From Mobula birostris (lineage: Eukaryota): 64,000 nt of DNA. Below the pieces are notes generated by a model. It ran no database searches and was not told the origin of the DNA. It was given only the letters and a program-made list of their open reading frames with translations. The DNA is taken from positions 53,992,439-54,056,438 of the forward strand of contig NC_092371.1 of assembly GCF_030028105.1 (NCBI RefSeq), given 5' to 3'. Numbering within the stretch: the stretch's first letter is position 1; every line of letters starts with the position of its first letter. The translations under genes were made by a program, and so were the position numbers. Shown here piece after piece: positions 25,026-38,130 of this stretch.

Positions 25026-27637
25026 ATGGTGGGGGATAAAATCATCACTCATCCAACAACATCGCAGTGGGACACAAATTCCATTCAAATACTGGCCAAT
25101 CTTTGCAATCAGCATAAATGCTGGTAATTGGGCCCATGAACTAGAAGGGTGGCTAGGAATGGGGAGATGGAGCATTTTGCAGCAATTAGATGATTAAGGA
25201 ATAATCCTCCTAAATAAAACTGAAACATTTGGACTTTGACTGCAATCTATTTGTATAATGTAAGGCAAAAATGACAGACAGGTGGCTTCCAGATTTTCTG
25301 GCAATACACTGGAGCAGAAGGAATATTTTATTTTCATTTGATGGGGGAGGGATGCACCATCCCTGGCTGAGAACGTCAGCAGTGAAGACAGCCAGAATGA
25401 AACAATGAATGGAATGCCTCCTTCTCTGATGGCAATATCTGTGATTCTCGGCACACAAAGTTCATCAACCTGACTAGGGCAAAGGATGATTTGTTCCCAG
25501 TGCAATCTCCCGCAGTCTTCATATCAGATCTTTAAGTATCCTTCAGTATGCTCTTTAGTCCCACAACTCACAGTTAGTTCTGCTATAACACAAACAGTCG
25601 TGTTTCTAAAAAACCTTGCATTGTAGAAAGTTGTGCCAAAGCATAAGAGGCTGTAGTTGTCTACAAAGCACAGATTTAAATAGGTTTCCATGATCATGAT
25701 CACACTATAACCAATGCAGATGCTTTTTCCTAATTCATCATTCATATTATATATAACCAGTTCACATAATGGAAACTTCAAAATGCAGAATAACCTGCAC
25801 TAACACAATAAGTGATGCTTGTTTTGGATCTTCATGATGACATGCTGAAATTGAAAGATGTATCAAACTCCCAAAAGGGAACACCCCAACTCAATGCCCT
25901 AAGCTCATGAGCAGTGTGCAAGTAAACTCTGGGCCTCTAAACTGCTCACAACCACCCAATGCCAAAACTCAAAAAGCTGCAGCTAACCATCAATTAAAAT
26001 CATCCTTTTCTATGATAAAAAGCTTAACTTGCATGTTTATCAACAGTACAATAAAAGAAGTTTTATTTGATGTGCAATATCTTGCATGATCTCAAGGCAG
26101 CGGACTGCCCTTTTACAAAATATTAAACTTTTAACCCCTTTCAGAATGGTTAGAGGTGATCATGATATTTTTTGCTGTTGGTGCTTTTCATTTGCCAGCA
26201 AAACTGAATCTTAGAGGCCCATCACACAGCTTTCCAATCCTTCTGCTTCACAGTAGGCTTTGCCAAGGGAGCAACCAGCCTCACAGTGCCCCAGGCAATA
26301 TTAATGTCCGAGACCGGGCATTCCAGTACATCTGCCAGGTGTCAAGCCACAGTACAGGGAAAGGAAATCTGTCTTTACAAAGGGTAGGGTGACTTTGACA
26401 GGATGAATATTTTCTTCTACCCTTGTGATAATAAATGAACAGATGAAATTGTTTACCTGCTACAAATTTAAACAGATTATTTAAATTTATTTACCGGAAA
26501 AATATATTTCATAACATTTCAACTCATTAAGTGAAGCTGGAATAGTTGCATCTTTTTTTTAATCAATTTGCACATTGAAACAAAACCTGAATGCATTCCA
26601 AGTGGAGCTCATTGCTTGATTTCTAGATTACTAAAGGAGTCAGTAAATCAGTCGTAAGGCAGAAATGAGCCAGCACTTTCCCGAGGTTGAGAATATGTAA
26701 TCCCTTCTAAATGTCAAATTCTAAATAAATGATAAAACACAAACTGTTTGTGTTATAGGCAGAGTGAAAAAATATTAAAGACTGACCAAAAGGATTTCCA
26801 CTATCAGCTCCCAGAGATAAATGAAATAACTACGCTGAAGACATTACCCAGATATTTATGAAAAAATTAGCACCTTTCACCAAATATTGATTTCAAGATT
26901 ATTCTGTCTACCTCTCAATTATTTTTATTTTATTCAATTTATGATAAATTTGAATATAGTTATGTTGCATTCACAATCTTACTAAGTGAGTAACAACAGC
27001 TGAGAGAAGTAGGATTGGGATTACTCATTGTCGACAAAATCTATCTACCTCTACACTGTCCCAGACTCCCAAGAAGCAGCTTGGGGCTCTAGGAATAATG
27101 CCAAAAGAATCCCGAAAATGACCTTGTGTCTGTTGCTGATAGTTCTGGCTTTTTAAATATCTATGAATATTTTAATTCAAATTAATCCTAAATTTCTTAT
27201 TATTCTTTTCAAACGAGAGACAAAGCATTAAATTCTATTACCACAGTAATGGTGTATTTTGTTCTTCAGTATTTAAAACAGACAAGCAAATAGGAAAAAT
27301 GTATTAAAGATATCATAGATAAACATGATTAATTGACCTTCTTCATGGGCTGGAACACCATACTTCATTGCAAAATCCTTGCAACTCTAAATACACCTAG
27401 GAACCAGGTACTATAAAAATAGATAGGTGCCCAGATGGACAGTGGTTGGGGATGGGGCCAGGTGCATTGATGGACTGGCCTTATAGTGGGCAGATGCAAC
27501 TGGAAAGGAAAGGTGTATAAGGACTGAGTGTACGTGGGAGGGCAATGGGAGGACAGAAGGAAGGCAGAGAGCACTGAGGTGTGGAGGAAAGATACTCAAA
27601 CAATGGATTCAGGAGCAGGGGTTGTGAAGGGCCAAAA

Positions 27638-27696
27638 CAGGAGCTCCCAAACTGGGGTCCATGGAACCATTCCATAAAAAATGTTAGGAACCCCTG
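27638..27696. mobile_element. 59-bp hAT-type MITE
   Basis: Imperfect TIRs CAGGAGCTCCCAA / TTAGGAACCCCTG; 8-bp TSD GGCCAAAA / GGCTAAAA. Confidence 0.75.
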
Positions 27697-27767
27697 GGCT
27701 AAAACGCGTGTGTTTGCTGAATTGGATGGGGAGCAACATGTGAGGCTATTGACAAGGGTTATGAAAG

Positions 27768-27840
27768 AGAGAAGGAGAGAGAGAGAGAGTGAGTGAGTGA
27801 GAGTGAGTGTGAGAGAGAATGAGTGTGGGTGTGGTGGGAG
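27768..27840. repeat. (GA)n/(GAGT)n microsatellite
   Basis: Directly visible in the sequence. Confidence 0.85.
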
Positions 27841-29507
27841 GGACACGATATGCTCCAATATATCCAATAAGAACAGCTATATATAATCTGTTATGTAACA
27901 ATTCTTAAAACTGTTACTTAAACAGGGGCATTTTTAATTCCATATACATTTTTATGTATAAAAGGAGTATTATTTCATTTTCTGAGCATATCTTGGTTTG
28001 GTAACATAAGTTACTCTGTAAAATTACATCATTCGGCTGATTTAATTCAACAGAATTAATTGGGCACTCACTTAAAAGATTTTGGCTGAAGTGGTCTCCA
28101 CTTGAAAAGCAGTAAAGGTCATTAAGTAATATTTCAAAATTCAACTCTACAGGATGACGTTTTTTTCAAATAAAAGAATATGTGGTAAAACAATTTAAAA
28201 AAACACTTTAATGCAAATATAGAATAGGAAATGGAAACAATCCATTCTTCAGTCAAAATCCATTTCTATTTCTTACAGTGGTTATTTCATAAAATGTGTG
28301 GAATAGTGAAGAATGACAATCAAAGGGTTAATCAGAAATAAGCAGTTAGATAATTACATTTCAACCTCACTTTCATGAAAATGATGTAAAAGATATAGAT
28401 GTGGAATGAGAATGCAAAATAACAAATCAAAACAATTAATCAGTCATGTTAAATAGCCCAGGCAAACAGTGTTAGAGTGAATGCTGGGTATTCGACAAAA
28501 TCAATTATACAATACTTATTGATAATTTATTCAGTCATTTACAATAAAACTAGCTTTTACTTTTTATGAAGGAAGAATTAATTAAAATTTATGTTTAGAT
28601 AGCATTAGTTAATATTTAGGAAAAAATTATGGTGCTTTTAACATGGACAGATTCCCAGAGCCAATAAATAAAATATTTAATATTTTATTGTTCCAAATTA
28701 ATATAAAACAATAAATCAGACTGGTTAAGTATGGTCTACATTGTAAAAGTATTTAATTAACACAGACCACATACTGTATTTTTTTTGTAAAACAGATGCA
28801 AAGATACTGTATGTACTTGACCATGATTAATAATTCAGCTGCAGCAATGCACATTAATTCAAAGGTAATAATTTGATTTTCTCTTATACAAATTATGGAT
28901 AATTTGCCATTTTACTACAACACCGAAGTACAATTCACACTAATATAATTTTTCACTGTTGTGCTGCAATAGAATGTGATATAAGATGTTTGCACACGGA
29001 TGGTTTTCCTCAATTAAAATAAGGATACAGGGAAGACACTCACATTCGTCCACCTCATTTGCCAATTGTAATTCCGAAGATCTATGCACTTCCTCTGTTA
29101 TCATAATATTCCATAAGCTTTTACTCAAAGGATTTCAAAATGGAAATCATTAATAAGTCATTGCAATTTATTAGTTAAACTGTATTAACTAATATTTAAT
29201 AACCTTTTATTTTATATTTTAAAATATATAATTATTATTCATAATTATACAATTGAAATTTACTTCTTTTTCAGGCACGTAATGGATGAAAACTAATTTC
29301 AGGTTGTTTTGCATCATTTTAGAAATCTAACAAGACATGCTTGAGCATGAGATCCACTTGCATCAACATTAGTAGCTCTCTGTTCATTTTTCCCTTTCTT
29401 GTTTCCTGACCAGCAATGTTAAATTTGTTGATTTTCTGATCTCTTCTTACCTAAGGAAGAAATCCCAGTCATTTTCATCAGTATTGCTAGACAGCATATA
29501 TTAAAAG

Positions 29508-29700
29508 CATAGAATCAGAGGATCATAAAAATATACATTGCAGCCCATCAAATCTATACCAACTGTGATACCTATCTAATCTCAGTTGTCCATATTAGGC
29601 CTGAATCCCTCTATGCCTTTCCTATTCAAGTACCTGTCCATATAACTTTTAGACATAATTGCATCTGCCTCCACCATCTCTTCTGACAGCTTGTCTCTCA
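29508..29700 (-). mobile_element. CR1 3' end
   Basis: Homologous to the other CR1 tails at 48672 and 57536. Confidence 0.7.
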
Positions 29701-29867
29701 CCCCTAACAGTTCTAATGTACCCTGATTCATAATCTTTGAATTGAATTTAAGGCAGAATAATAGATGTCACTGCTACTATGAACTTCTGTGCAACATTGC
29801 TATACTGTTGATAACATTTTAAGCTTCTTTGTCATTCATATACATACATAGATAAAAAAATAACATG

Positions 29868-29902
29868 CTCTCTCTCTCTCTCTCTCTCTGTCTGTCTGTC
29901 TG
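29868..29902. repeat. (CT)n(CTGT)n microsatellite
   Basis: Directly visible in the sequence. Confidence 0.9.
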
Positions 29903-29940
29903 TAGACTTTTAATAGATGTACTCAGTCACAGAAAACTAT

Positions 29941-30078
29941 GCCTGAAGAAGGTCTTGGCCCAAAATGTTGACTGTTTATTCTTTTCTATTGATGTTGCCT
30001 AACTTGCTGAGGACCTCCACCATTTTGTGAGTATTGCTTTGGACTTCCAGCATCTGCAGGCTTTTTCATGTTTGTGAT
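29941..30078 (+). mobile_element. Penelope hammerhead tail, degraded
   Basis: Homologous to 13990-14089. Confidence 0.8.
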
Positions 30079-30411
30079 AAACTATCCCTGTACTGTATTA
30101 CCTTGAAATGGTAAGAATTATGAGCACACATATCAAATTCTCATCAGTATCTTCCCTTGTTTTCCATCCTACCATTATATTTCTACTCTTTCTCCTTCTA
30201 CAACATTTTTCCAAAAAATATAACAACTAATGTACAAATTAAGCAAAACGCTATAAGTATACTGTAATTCATTAGGAATGGAAAAATAGAAACATGTGAG
30301 AACTTTATACGATCTGAAAATACTCAATTTTAATGAACGGCTAGAGTAGATTATTTTGTCATGAAGGATATAATTTGTATTTGTCGAGGAAATATTAAAC
30401 AAATGTTTGTT

Positions 30412-30540
30412 AACATAAGAACATAAGAAATAAGAGTAGAAATTGGACATCTGGTCCTCTGAGCCCACACTGCCAAGCACTGAGGTTGTGGATGGTCTTT
30501 CACCTTAATGCCACTCTTCAACACTATATCCACAAACCTT
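30412..30540 (-). mobile_element. CR1 3' tail
   Basis: An (AACATAAG)2 octamer tail followed by CR1 3'UTR-like sequence. Confidence 0.7.
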
Positions 30541-32529
30541 AAAATAAATCGTGGTTAGTTGCAAAAAATTCAAGTGAAGACTTGTGAGGGGTAGACCTCA
30601 TATTTACAAATTTAAAAACGGTCAAGGATAAATGTGACTTTCTATCAGGAATTTTTTAAGTTCCAAAGACAAAATTATCTCAAAAACAAAATAACAGACA
30701 TATTAAAAAATACACTGCAGTGAAAATATATTGGAGGTCATTTTTATCCACTCGTTTGCTATCTTTCTCTCTAAGGTTGAAGTGCCAGAGTTTATATGGT
30801 TGTGTTGTTTTGTTTTTTTTCTTTTTAGACAAAGTCGTCTGGTAGACATTGATTTAGTGACTGCATTGATGAAACTGGAGGCAGTTCGGCTGGTGGCATA
30901 ACTGAATAAATTGTTTGATGATTGCCTTTTAGGGCAAGTACCAGCATAGAAGGAAATAGACTGATTATCTTTCAGGTTGATGTGTTAGCAGGGTGAATAA
31001 ATCTAGGTCATTCTCACTCGCTCTGCCCTGCTTTTCATACCACAGGAACAACTGCAAATAGATGCTTCTTTATGTTTCCATGGGATAAATTTGAAATCTG
31101 TGCTGAAATCCTGTTTCACTCTGCCTCCTTCACCCCCAGAATCTGTGATGTTTTAAGTGGAAACGCTTGCTCTCCAGAATCTCTGTGTGAATTTGCCTCC
31201 ATAAAACATCCCCGCCTCCCCAAAACTTGCCTCTAGATTGATTTCTACATGAAAACATTATCCTCAACTTCAGATTTAGTTTTAGCAGCTCAATTCAGAA
31301 TAACGCTTTCCACTCATAGTAACTTCCTAAATTCTATTCTTCTTTCTACTGGGAGTGAAGCAAATCCAACTGTATTAGACAATAATGTATTTTACAAAAA
31401 TGGATTGCAGAATTTCTAAAGTCCTCTTTCCTGACTCTTTGGCATGTTATCCAATATCAAGTGAGAGGATTATGGGATTATAATTGTGTGTGTTACTGTT
31501 ATGACAGACAAGGAAGTTGACATCACTCACCTAATGACAAATACTTTAGCAAAATAGTCATAGCTAGACTTATAATTATAATAGAGTCTCTCACAGCTCA
31601 ATGTGGCTGGAAGTGCTTTAAAACCAATGAAGTACTTCTAAAGCACAGTCAATACAGAGTAGGGAATATAAATTAAGAATTAAGGACAATGAGAAAGTAA
31701 AGAGAAAATGGTCCTGCCCCTTTAAATAAATTGTTTTTACCTTGACCTCATTAGTATTAATCTGGCTTTGCCTCTCATTTTATGCCGCAGGCTGACAGCA
31801 TTGAACAGTGCTGTATCCATAGCATTTTTAACAGCAATGTGAACAGACAGCCACTATTCTATAGTGCGCTCACATGATTGTAGCAAAGCACAGGAACAGA
31901 CTCTCAAAGACACCTACAGGATTCTGCTCGCCCCACACCCCCCTCCATCCCACTGCCTGCAAAATTTCCAATGGTTAAAAGCTCAAGTGGACTGATCAGC
32001 TTGTTCTCTTTTTGGTATAGTTGACCAGACAAGTTATTAAAGATTACACCACTTGCACAGGCATCTTTGCAACAGCTGCATGAAAGGTCACACTGTCCTT
32101 GCACAAGTATAATATATTGGAGTAATCTGCAGTCTGCAGAGAAAAATTGACCCTATTTTGTTGGGAAAATGAGCTGGATAAAATTCACTATTAGCTGCTA
32201 TTGACTGTTTCCTCTAGGTACAACCAAATGATTGTTTTACAAAAGCTGATCTTTCTGCTTCTTTAGAAACCTGCAGTATCAATTTGATACCTTGTGATGC
32301 AACAGAGTTTCCACTGAAACCTGACCTGACTCAGAAGTGAAGATACGGTCTTCTTTTCGGGATTGTTCAGTTTGAATTGCTCCCCATCAGGTGAGCCCCT
32401 GAGTGTTGAGCTACCCTGCACTTAACCTAATGTCAAAGCCGTGATTGAATGAAACATGAGTATGACATCAGAATATTCCCGGACATTCACAGTCATTGAG
32501 CATGTCTTCTGGACTGCTTTTCCTTTGAA

Positions 32530-33213
32530 TTGACTTTATTTCTTACATCCTTCACATACATGAGGAGTAAAAATCTTTACGTCACGTCTCTGCTTAAATG
32601 TGCAATGTAATTTATAGTTATTTATAATAATTTATAATAAATAGAACAGTCAATGTAACATAGAAATACACTCAAATCAGCGTGAGTTAATCAGTCTAAT
32701 GGCCTGGTGGAAGAAGCTGTCCTGGAACCGGTTGGTCCTGGCTTTTACGCTGTGGTACCACTTCCCGGATGGTAGCAGCTGGAATAGATTGTGGCTGGGA
32801 TGACTTGGGTCCCCAGTGATCCTTCAGGCTCTTTTTTCACACCTGTATTTGTAAATGTCCTGAATCATGGGAAGTTCACAACTACAGATGCGCTGGGCCG
32901 TCCGCACCACTCTCTGCAGAATCCTGTGATTAAGGGAGGTACAGTTCCCATACCAGGCAGTGATGCAGCCAGTCAGGATGCTCTCAATTGTACCCCTGTA
33001 GAAATTTCATAGGATTTGGGGGCCCATACCAAACTTCCTCAACCATCTGAGGTGAAGGAATCACTGTTGTGCCTTTTTAACCACACAGCTGGTGTACAGA
33101 CCTCATGAGGTCCTTGGTGATGTGGATGCTGAGAAACCTAAAGCTGTTTACCCGCTCAATCCCAGATCCATTGATGTCAATAGGAGTTAGCCCATCTCCA
33201 TTCCTCCTGTAAC
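32530..33213 (-). mobile_element. Rex1/Babar 3' portion
   Basis: Antisense 'gaagaagctgtcctggaacc' and 'gtgatgcagccagtcaggatgctctc'; homologous to 54240-54600. Confidence 0.85.
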
Positions 33214-34649
33214 CACCTATACTAAAGCATTAATGCAAAATTAATGCCACAAATGAAGGTATATCCTTTCTTTCCAAGCAGTATGCAGTAGCCCATGTAT
33301 GGTCTCCCCAGAGGCCTCTACATTTGCAGGAACTATTAGTCCTCCCTCCTACTGTCATACCTGCATACTCACTCTGTGTTTTGCATATGAGGATCCCCAT
33401 TACTCTCCAAACAGCAGCTCTCTCTTTATTTTAACAATATCCTACTTTTCTCTTCTGACTTCCAGAGTACATAATCTCACGTTTTGCCTTTTCACATTTC
33501 CCAATTCCAAATTTTTATTTAATATCCCTTTGCCTAGAAATTGGACCTTGTTGCAATAAACCAATCATGAATTGGGAAATTTGAAAATGTGGACAATCTT
33601 GACTTAAGAGAGCACTATCAGGCTTTTCTTCCATTTAAATAGATTTGAACTTATGCAATCACAGAAGGCACAGGCATATGAAAGAAACAACAGTAATGTC
33701 ATCTGGGCATTGCCCACTGCATGGATGTACAGCCGTCATTAGGATAAGAGAGAAAATAATGGAGCATGGTGAACAATCAGGGAAAACATAGAGCGAATGA
33801 CAAAAAAAATGAGGGTAGTTGGAGAAAGAAACGGTGAGGATGAAAGAAAATGAATTTTTGTTTCCCAAGAGAGAAGGAGAGACCCCTCTGAATTGTGAAG
33901 CTGGATAATTACAGCTCACAATATGGATGTCTCCACACAGTAATGGTGTAGGTGACCACTGGGTCTATGAATCTAACTTTCTACTTCTGACGGGATCAGT
34001 GTGCAGCTGCTTCAGTCTGTGGCTGATGTTGCTGGAAATTCCATTTTCAATCTATTTAAGATGACTGGGAGAAAGGAGTGTTTAAAACCTAAAAAATGTC
34101 TCTTAAAGGTCATTTTATAACACGCCCAGTTCCTGGCTGTAATTTATTCAGTGCTTTATTTGGGATAAGAAATGAAACTTGTGACTTATTGAGTCTATTT
34201 ATAGTAAGTTTTTAATGAAAACATGCACATTATTGAATAGCATCACACACACAAAATATGACAAAGAGGTGACAATAGCACCAGCGTGAATCATGACAGG
34301 AAGTGCAATTCAAACATTTTAAGATCATACCTTATGCACAACATACACATACCAAACAAGTTTCAATCAACTCTCAAATCCTATGGCAAGACACTCTTCC
34401 TCAAAACATTCTTCCACATTTTATGCATTGTTGTATTATCTCTCTTTATCTAAGTCATTAATACAGATTGGAAACAACTCAGGCTCTATCATTGATCCTG
34501 GGTATTCCAAAGGTTTCATATTACACTTTTACACTGATTCTAGATAGTCAGCAGCCTTCTTTATAGCTTTAAACATTATCCCCAATGTCACTGGAACTTC
34601 CCCTGCATAGCAGCCTGTACAAGGTATACACTATAATACCCTGTATAAT

Positions 34650-35450
34650 ATATGGCAACTTGTTGAGTTCCGTTGGAAAATCCAAATACTCTACATCAGC
34701 TGATTTCCTATTATCCCTCTTGCTTTAATAAATCTGTCAACACAGTTCCCCTCTCATCATTCTGACTATTTATTTGTAGGATATTATGATTTTGTGCCAC
34801 TTTAATCAAGGATCTCAATACATTCACAATTAGAACAGGTCTATTATTTCTTGCTTTCTATCTCCTTCCTTTTGTGAATATGATGTTATGTCTGTATTTT
34901 TTCAATCTGCTGGAAACTTTCCAGAATCCAGGAAAGTTTGGAAGGTCACAACCAATGCCTTTAAGAGTCTGGGATGCATGCCAATGGATCCAGGGAACTT
35001 GCCAGCCTTCAACTCCATTGGTTTGACCAGCACCAATTCCATTAGTAATAATGTTTTGATGACATTTCTCTATTTCTCCTTCCATTTGTTTTCAGATTTC
35101 CTGATATTTTTGGGACATATGCAGTACATGCTTTTCTACCATGAAAAGTGAGGTGGAATATTTATTCAATGTCTCTGGCACTTTCTTATTTCCCATTATT
35201 ATTTTTGCCCAGCTTCCAATGTTAAGTTACTGTCTTCCTTTTTGATAGTGCCATAGATCCATAGGGTAATGCAGCACAGGAATATACATTTCAGCTTATC
35301 ATGCCTATGCTGACCATTAACAAGCCAATTATATTAATCCTTCTTGCCAGTACTTGGTGTGTAGCCTTCTATGCCTTGGCAGTTTAACTTCTCATCCAGA
35401 TATTTGAATATGTTGAGAATAACAGCCTCCACCACCCACTCCCAAATCTG
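34650..35450 (-). mobile_element. Degraded CR1 ORF2 fragments plus a CR1 tail
   Basis: 'gggatgcatgccaatggatccagggaacttgccagc' is an antisense K.PG.DG.HP motif. Confidence 0.7.
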
Positions 35451-36029
35451 AGCTTCAAATCTAAGTTTCTTCCTCTTAACATGACTGAATTTCTAAGATA
35501 TTATGTTTGTTCTTCCCCAAAGCACCCTTTACAACAAAATAATTGATTAATCCTGTAATTTCCTTTTATTGTATTCACCACATATTGTCTTGAGAAAATG
35601 CTCTTATTACCCTCTATAAACTCTTTCTTGGATTTCTAGGCTGCAAAAATGCTATTTATATTTACAAAAATGTGCTATTCTCAGATTCTTTGAGCCATCA
35701 CAGCAAACCACATGATATCAATTAGACAGCAAAGATTATCCATTAGTGACAATGATTCCAGTGCATCATCCAGGTAAACACTGGCAACAAACATACAAAC
35801 AACGGTAGCACACATACAAGCTGTCATAAGAAACCTTCTTAGTTGCAATTCAAAGCCTCCCAATCTATAAATCAATTCATGAAATATCACATTTGGCAAT
35901 CAACAGATCTTTCTTAAGCATCACCTTGGTACTTGTCCTTGTGTGGCTTTACCTGTCTAAATGCTATTCTACAATGGGTCATGACATTCACAGGATAAAG
36001 CTGAAGAGCAACTTGTAGAATGTTCAAAA

Positions 36030-37830
36030 GCCCAGGAGGCAGAGCTGTGCAGTTCACTGTCTCAGCGTGAGGGCAGTGGCCTGAACTGGCTAACTATCAA
36101 ACAGTTGCAAAGGCACTGATTGTGAGGGGTGGGAGATGAGAGCCACCACCCTAATAGTGAGGAATGGGAGGATGAGAACTACCATCCTGGCATGATGTTT
36201 GGTGATGGCCCAGGTGCAGAGGGAGGGACGCAGTGCAGAATGAGCAGTTCACTGTGTTTTAATAAGAACAGAATAATAATTTAATAATAACAGAACCAAA
36301 GGGAAAAAAAATGCTGGGCCAAAAGGTCCACTACTTAGAACACTCAAACTAAAATCCAATGCCATCACTGAGGCTCAGAAGTAGTAATTTAATACTAAAT
36401 TAATACTGCTCCTTTGCAGCATCAATCTAAATTGCAGTCTTCTTTCCCAGAGCATAGACTAAGGTAAGCAGGGAGTGTTGCCTTTGCTATGCTTTGGTCA
36501 AGACAACATGACTGAAATGAAAGAAAGGGAGTTAAATGCAACCCTGGTGAAACACTAATTGGCTGCAGCATGCATATTCACAAGTGTGATTCCTGACCCA
36601 GTTCAGTTGTCTGCCTGCGAGGGTGTCAGACTCCATGGCTGAGTCTGTGGTGGTGGCACATCCTGCAAGAGGTTTATACTTCATAAATCTCCTGCCACTC
36701 TCCAGGGGCGATGGCTCCTAATAGTCTATTGCAGTTCAAATTGCTGTAAAACTCTCTACACACTGAGAGCCAAAATGGAAGCCACCTGTAGTGCTGCAAT
36801 ATCTCTCATCAGATTCTGCCTCATGGTTAGGTCCACAACTTTCTAATCAATGTTGTCACAATTTCCAATAGTCTCCTAGCTCTCAGGATGTTGCTGCCCA
36901 TTTCTTCCATATTCTTTGACCTTGAACTCTTGCCTGCTAGACTTCTGAGTTCAAGGTCAAGGAACATGGAGGAGGCTTTCTTCTTGATAATGCACCATTA
37001 ACATCCTCATTTGATTCCTCACTATCAGAACTGGAGTAGTCTTGTCCTTCAGCACGCTGGTAGCCTTAATCTCCTGCTGTTTTTCCCAGCCTAGGTAAGT
37101 AGATTTTCTTTAGGTTACTAAAGTGAGAAAGACACACACAAATGATTGTGGTGTGGGGCAAGGGGAAAGTAAAATGTGCAGGTCATCTACAACTTGTAAC
37201 TCAGTGGAGAGCATAAGTTGAAGAGAAAGTATGAGTGAGAACAGAAGGTGTAAATATACAGCCACTGTTCAGCTACTCACCCACAAAACTGACCACTTCG
37301 TTAGCAACTGTGTTCCTACTGATTTGCACCTTGACCTTTATATCTTGACCTGCAAGAGAGAGGTGTGCATGTCAGTGAGTGTCATATATGGTCATGGTTT
37401 AATAACAGCTAATAAGTTGCAGGAGTGGGCCAGGCACTAGTGTTAAGTGTGGAAGGCTGCAGGAGAACATGCAATATGAGTTCTGATTGCCTGGGATTAC
37501 TAGTATTAATCAAATATTACTAGATAATTTAGAATGGAAGATGTTGCATTTGAAGATGCCTTCTCTGAACATAGCCACTTTTCTGAGTTTATTAAACTCC
37601 TGCAGAACTGAACCTAGGCCCTCAGGCCACTCTTGAGCATTGCATTCCAGGGCCAGATCTTACTTCTTGGCATGTGCAAATAAGGCCTCTATAAGAAAGC
37701 AACAGACTTCTTTTTCGTCTCCTCCACCAAGAGTCTTAGTGTCGGATCCAAGCAATTTGAATTATCTTTTCCACTTCAAGAAAGTCTTACACCATATTTT
37801 CAAGAAAGCTCCATGATGCGCCACCCCTTT
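36030..37830 (-). pseudogene. Probable decayed PIF/Harbinger Myb/SANT-like ORF
   Basis: The reverse complement of 37745-37560 gives 'DPTLRLLVEETKKK...LRA*VQ' then, after a frameshift, 'EFNKLRKVA'; an acidic 'DYSSSDSEESNEDV' segment lies at 37045-37000. Confidence 0.4.
36188..36660 (-). mobile_element. Putative solo LTR
   Basis: TG...CA ends, about 470 bp long; the reverse strand has a TATA-like TTTAA followed by ATTAAA; CATCCTG overlaps both ends but there is no clean TSD. Confidence 0.35.
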
Positions 37831-37904
37831 AAGAGGCTGGCTGGGTTTAAAAAGAATTTCATGAGATAAAAACCATAAAGAAACTACAGTTTCTGGAAAA
37901 CTGA

Positions 37905-38130
37905 AACAAAAACAGAAAATGTTGACAATATTTAGAGCTTGTTTATTTAATATTATTTTTTATTTTATTTATTATTTTTTTCTCTGCTAGATTAGGTATT
38001 GCATTGAACCCTTGCTGCTAAGTTAACAAATTTCATGTCGCATGCTGGTGATAATAAACTTGGTTGTGATTCAGATCAGGCAGCAACTGTGGAGCGAATA
38101 TTTCAGGTCGATGATCTTTCATCAGAGCTG
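37905..38130. mobile_element. Penelope tail (-) interrupted by a Rex1 3' tail (+, about 37936-38071)
   Basis: 'aacagaaaatgttg...cagatcaggcagca...tttcatcag' is split by 'tttcatgtcgcatgctggtgataataaac'. Confidence 0.7.

Noticed and set aside
25350-25475. Protein-like frame DAPSLAENVSSEDSQNETMNG
   Set aside because: It is short, has no clear splice sites or start codon, and shows no recognisable homology.
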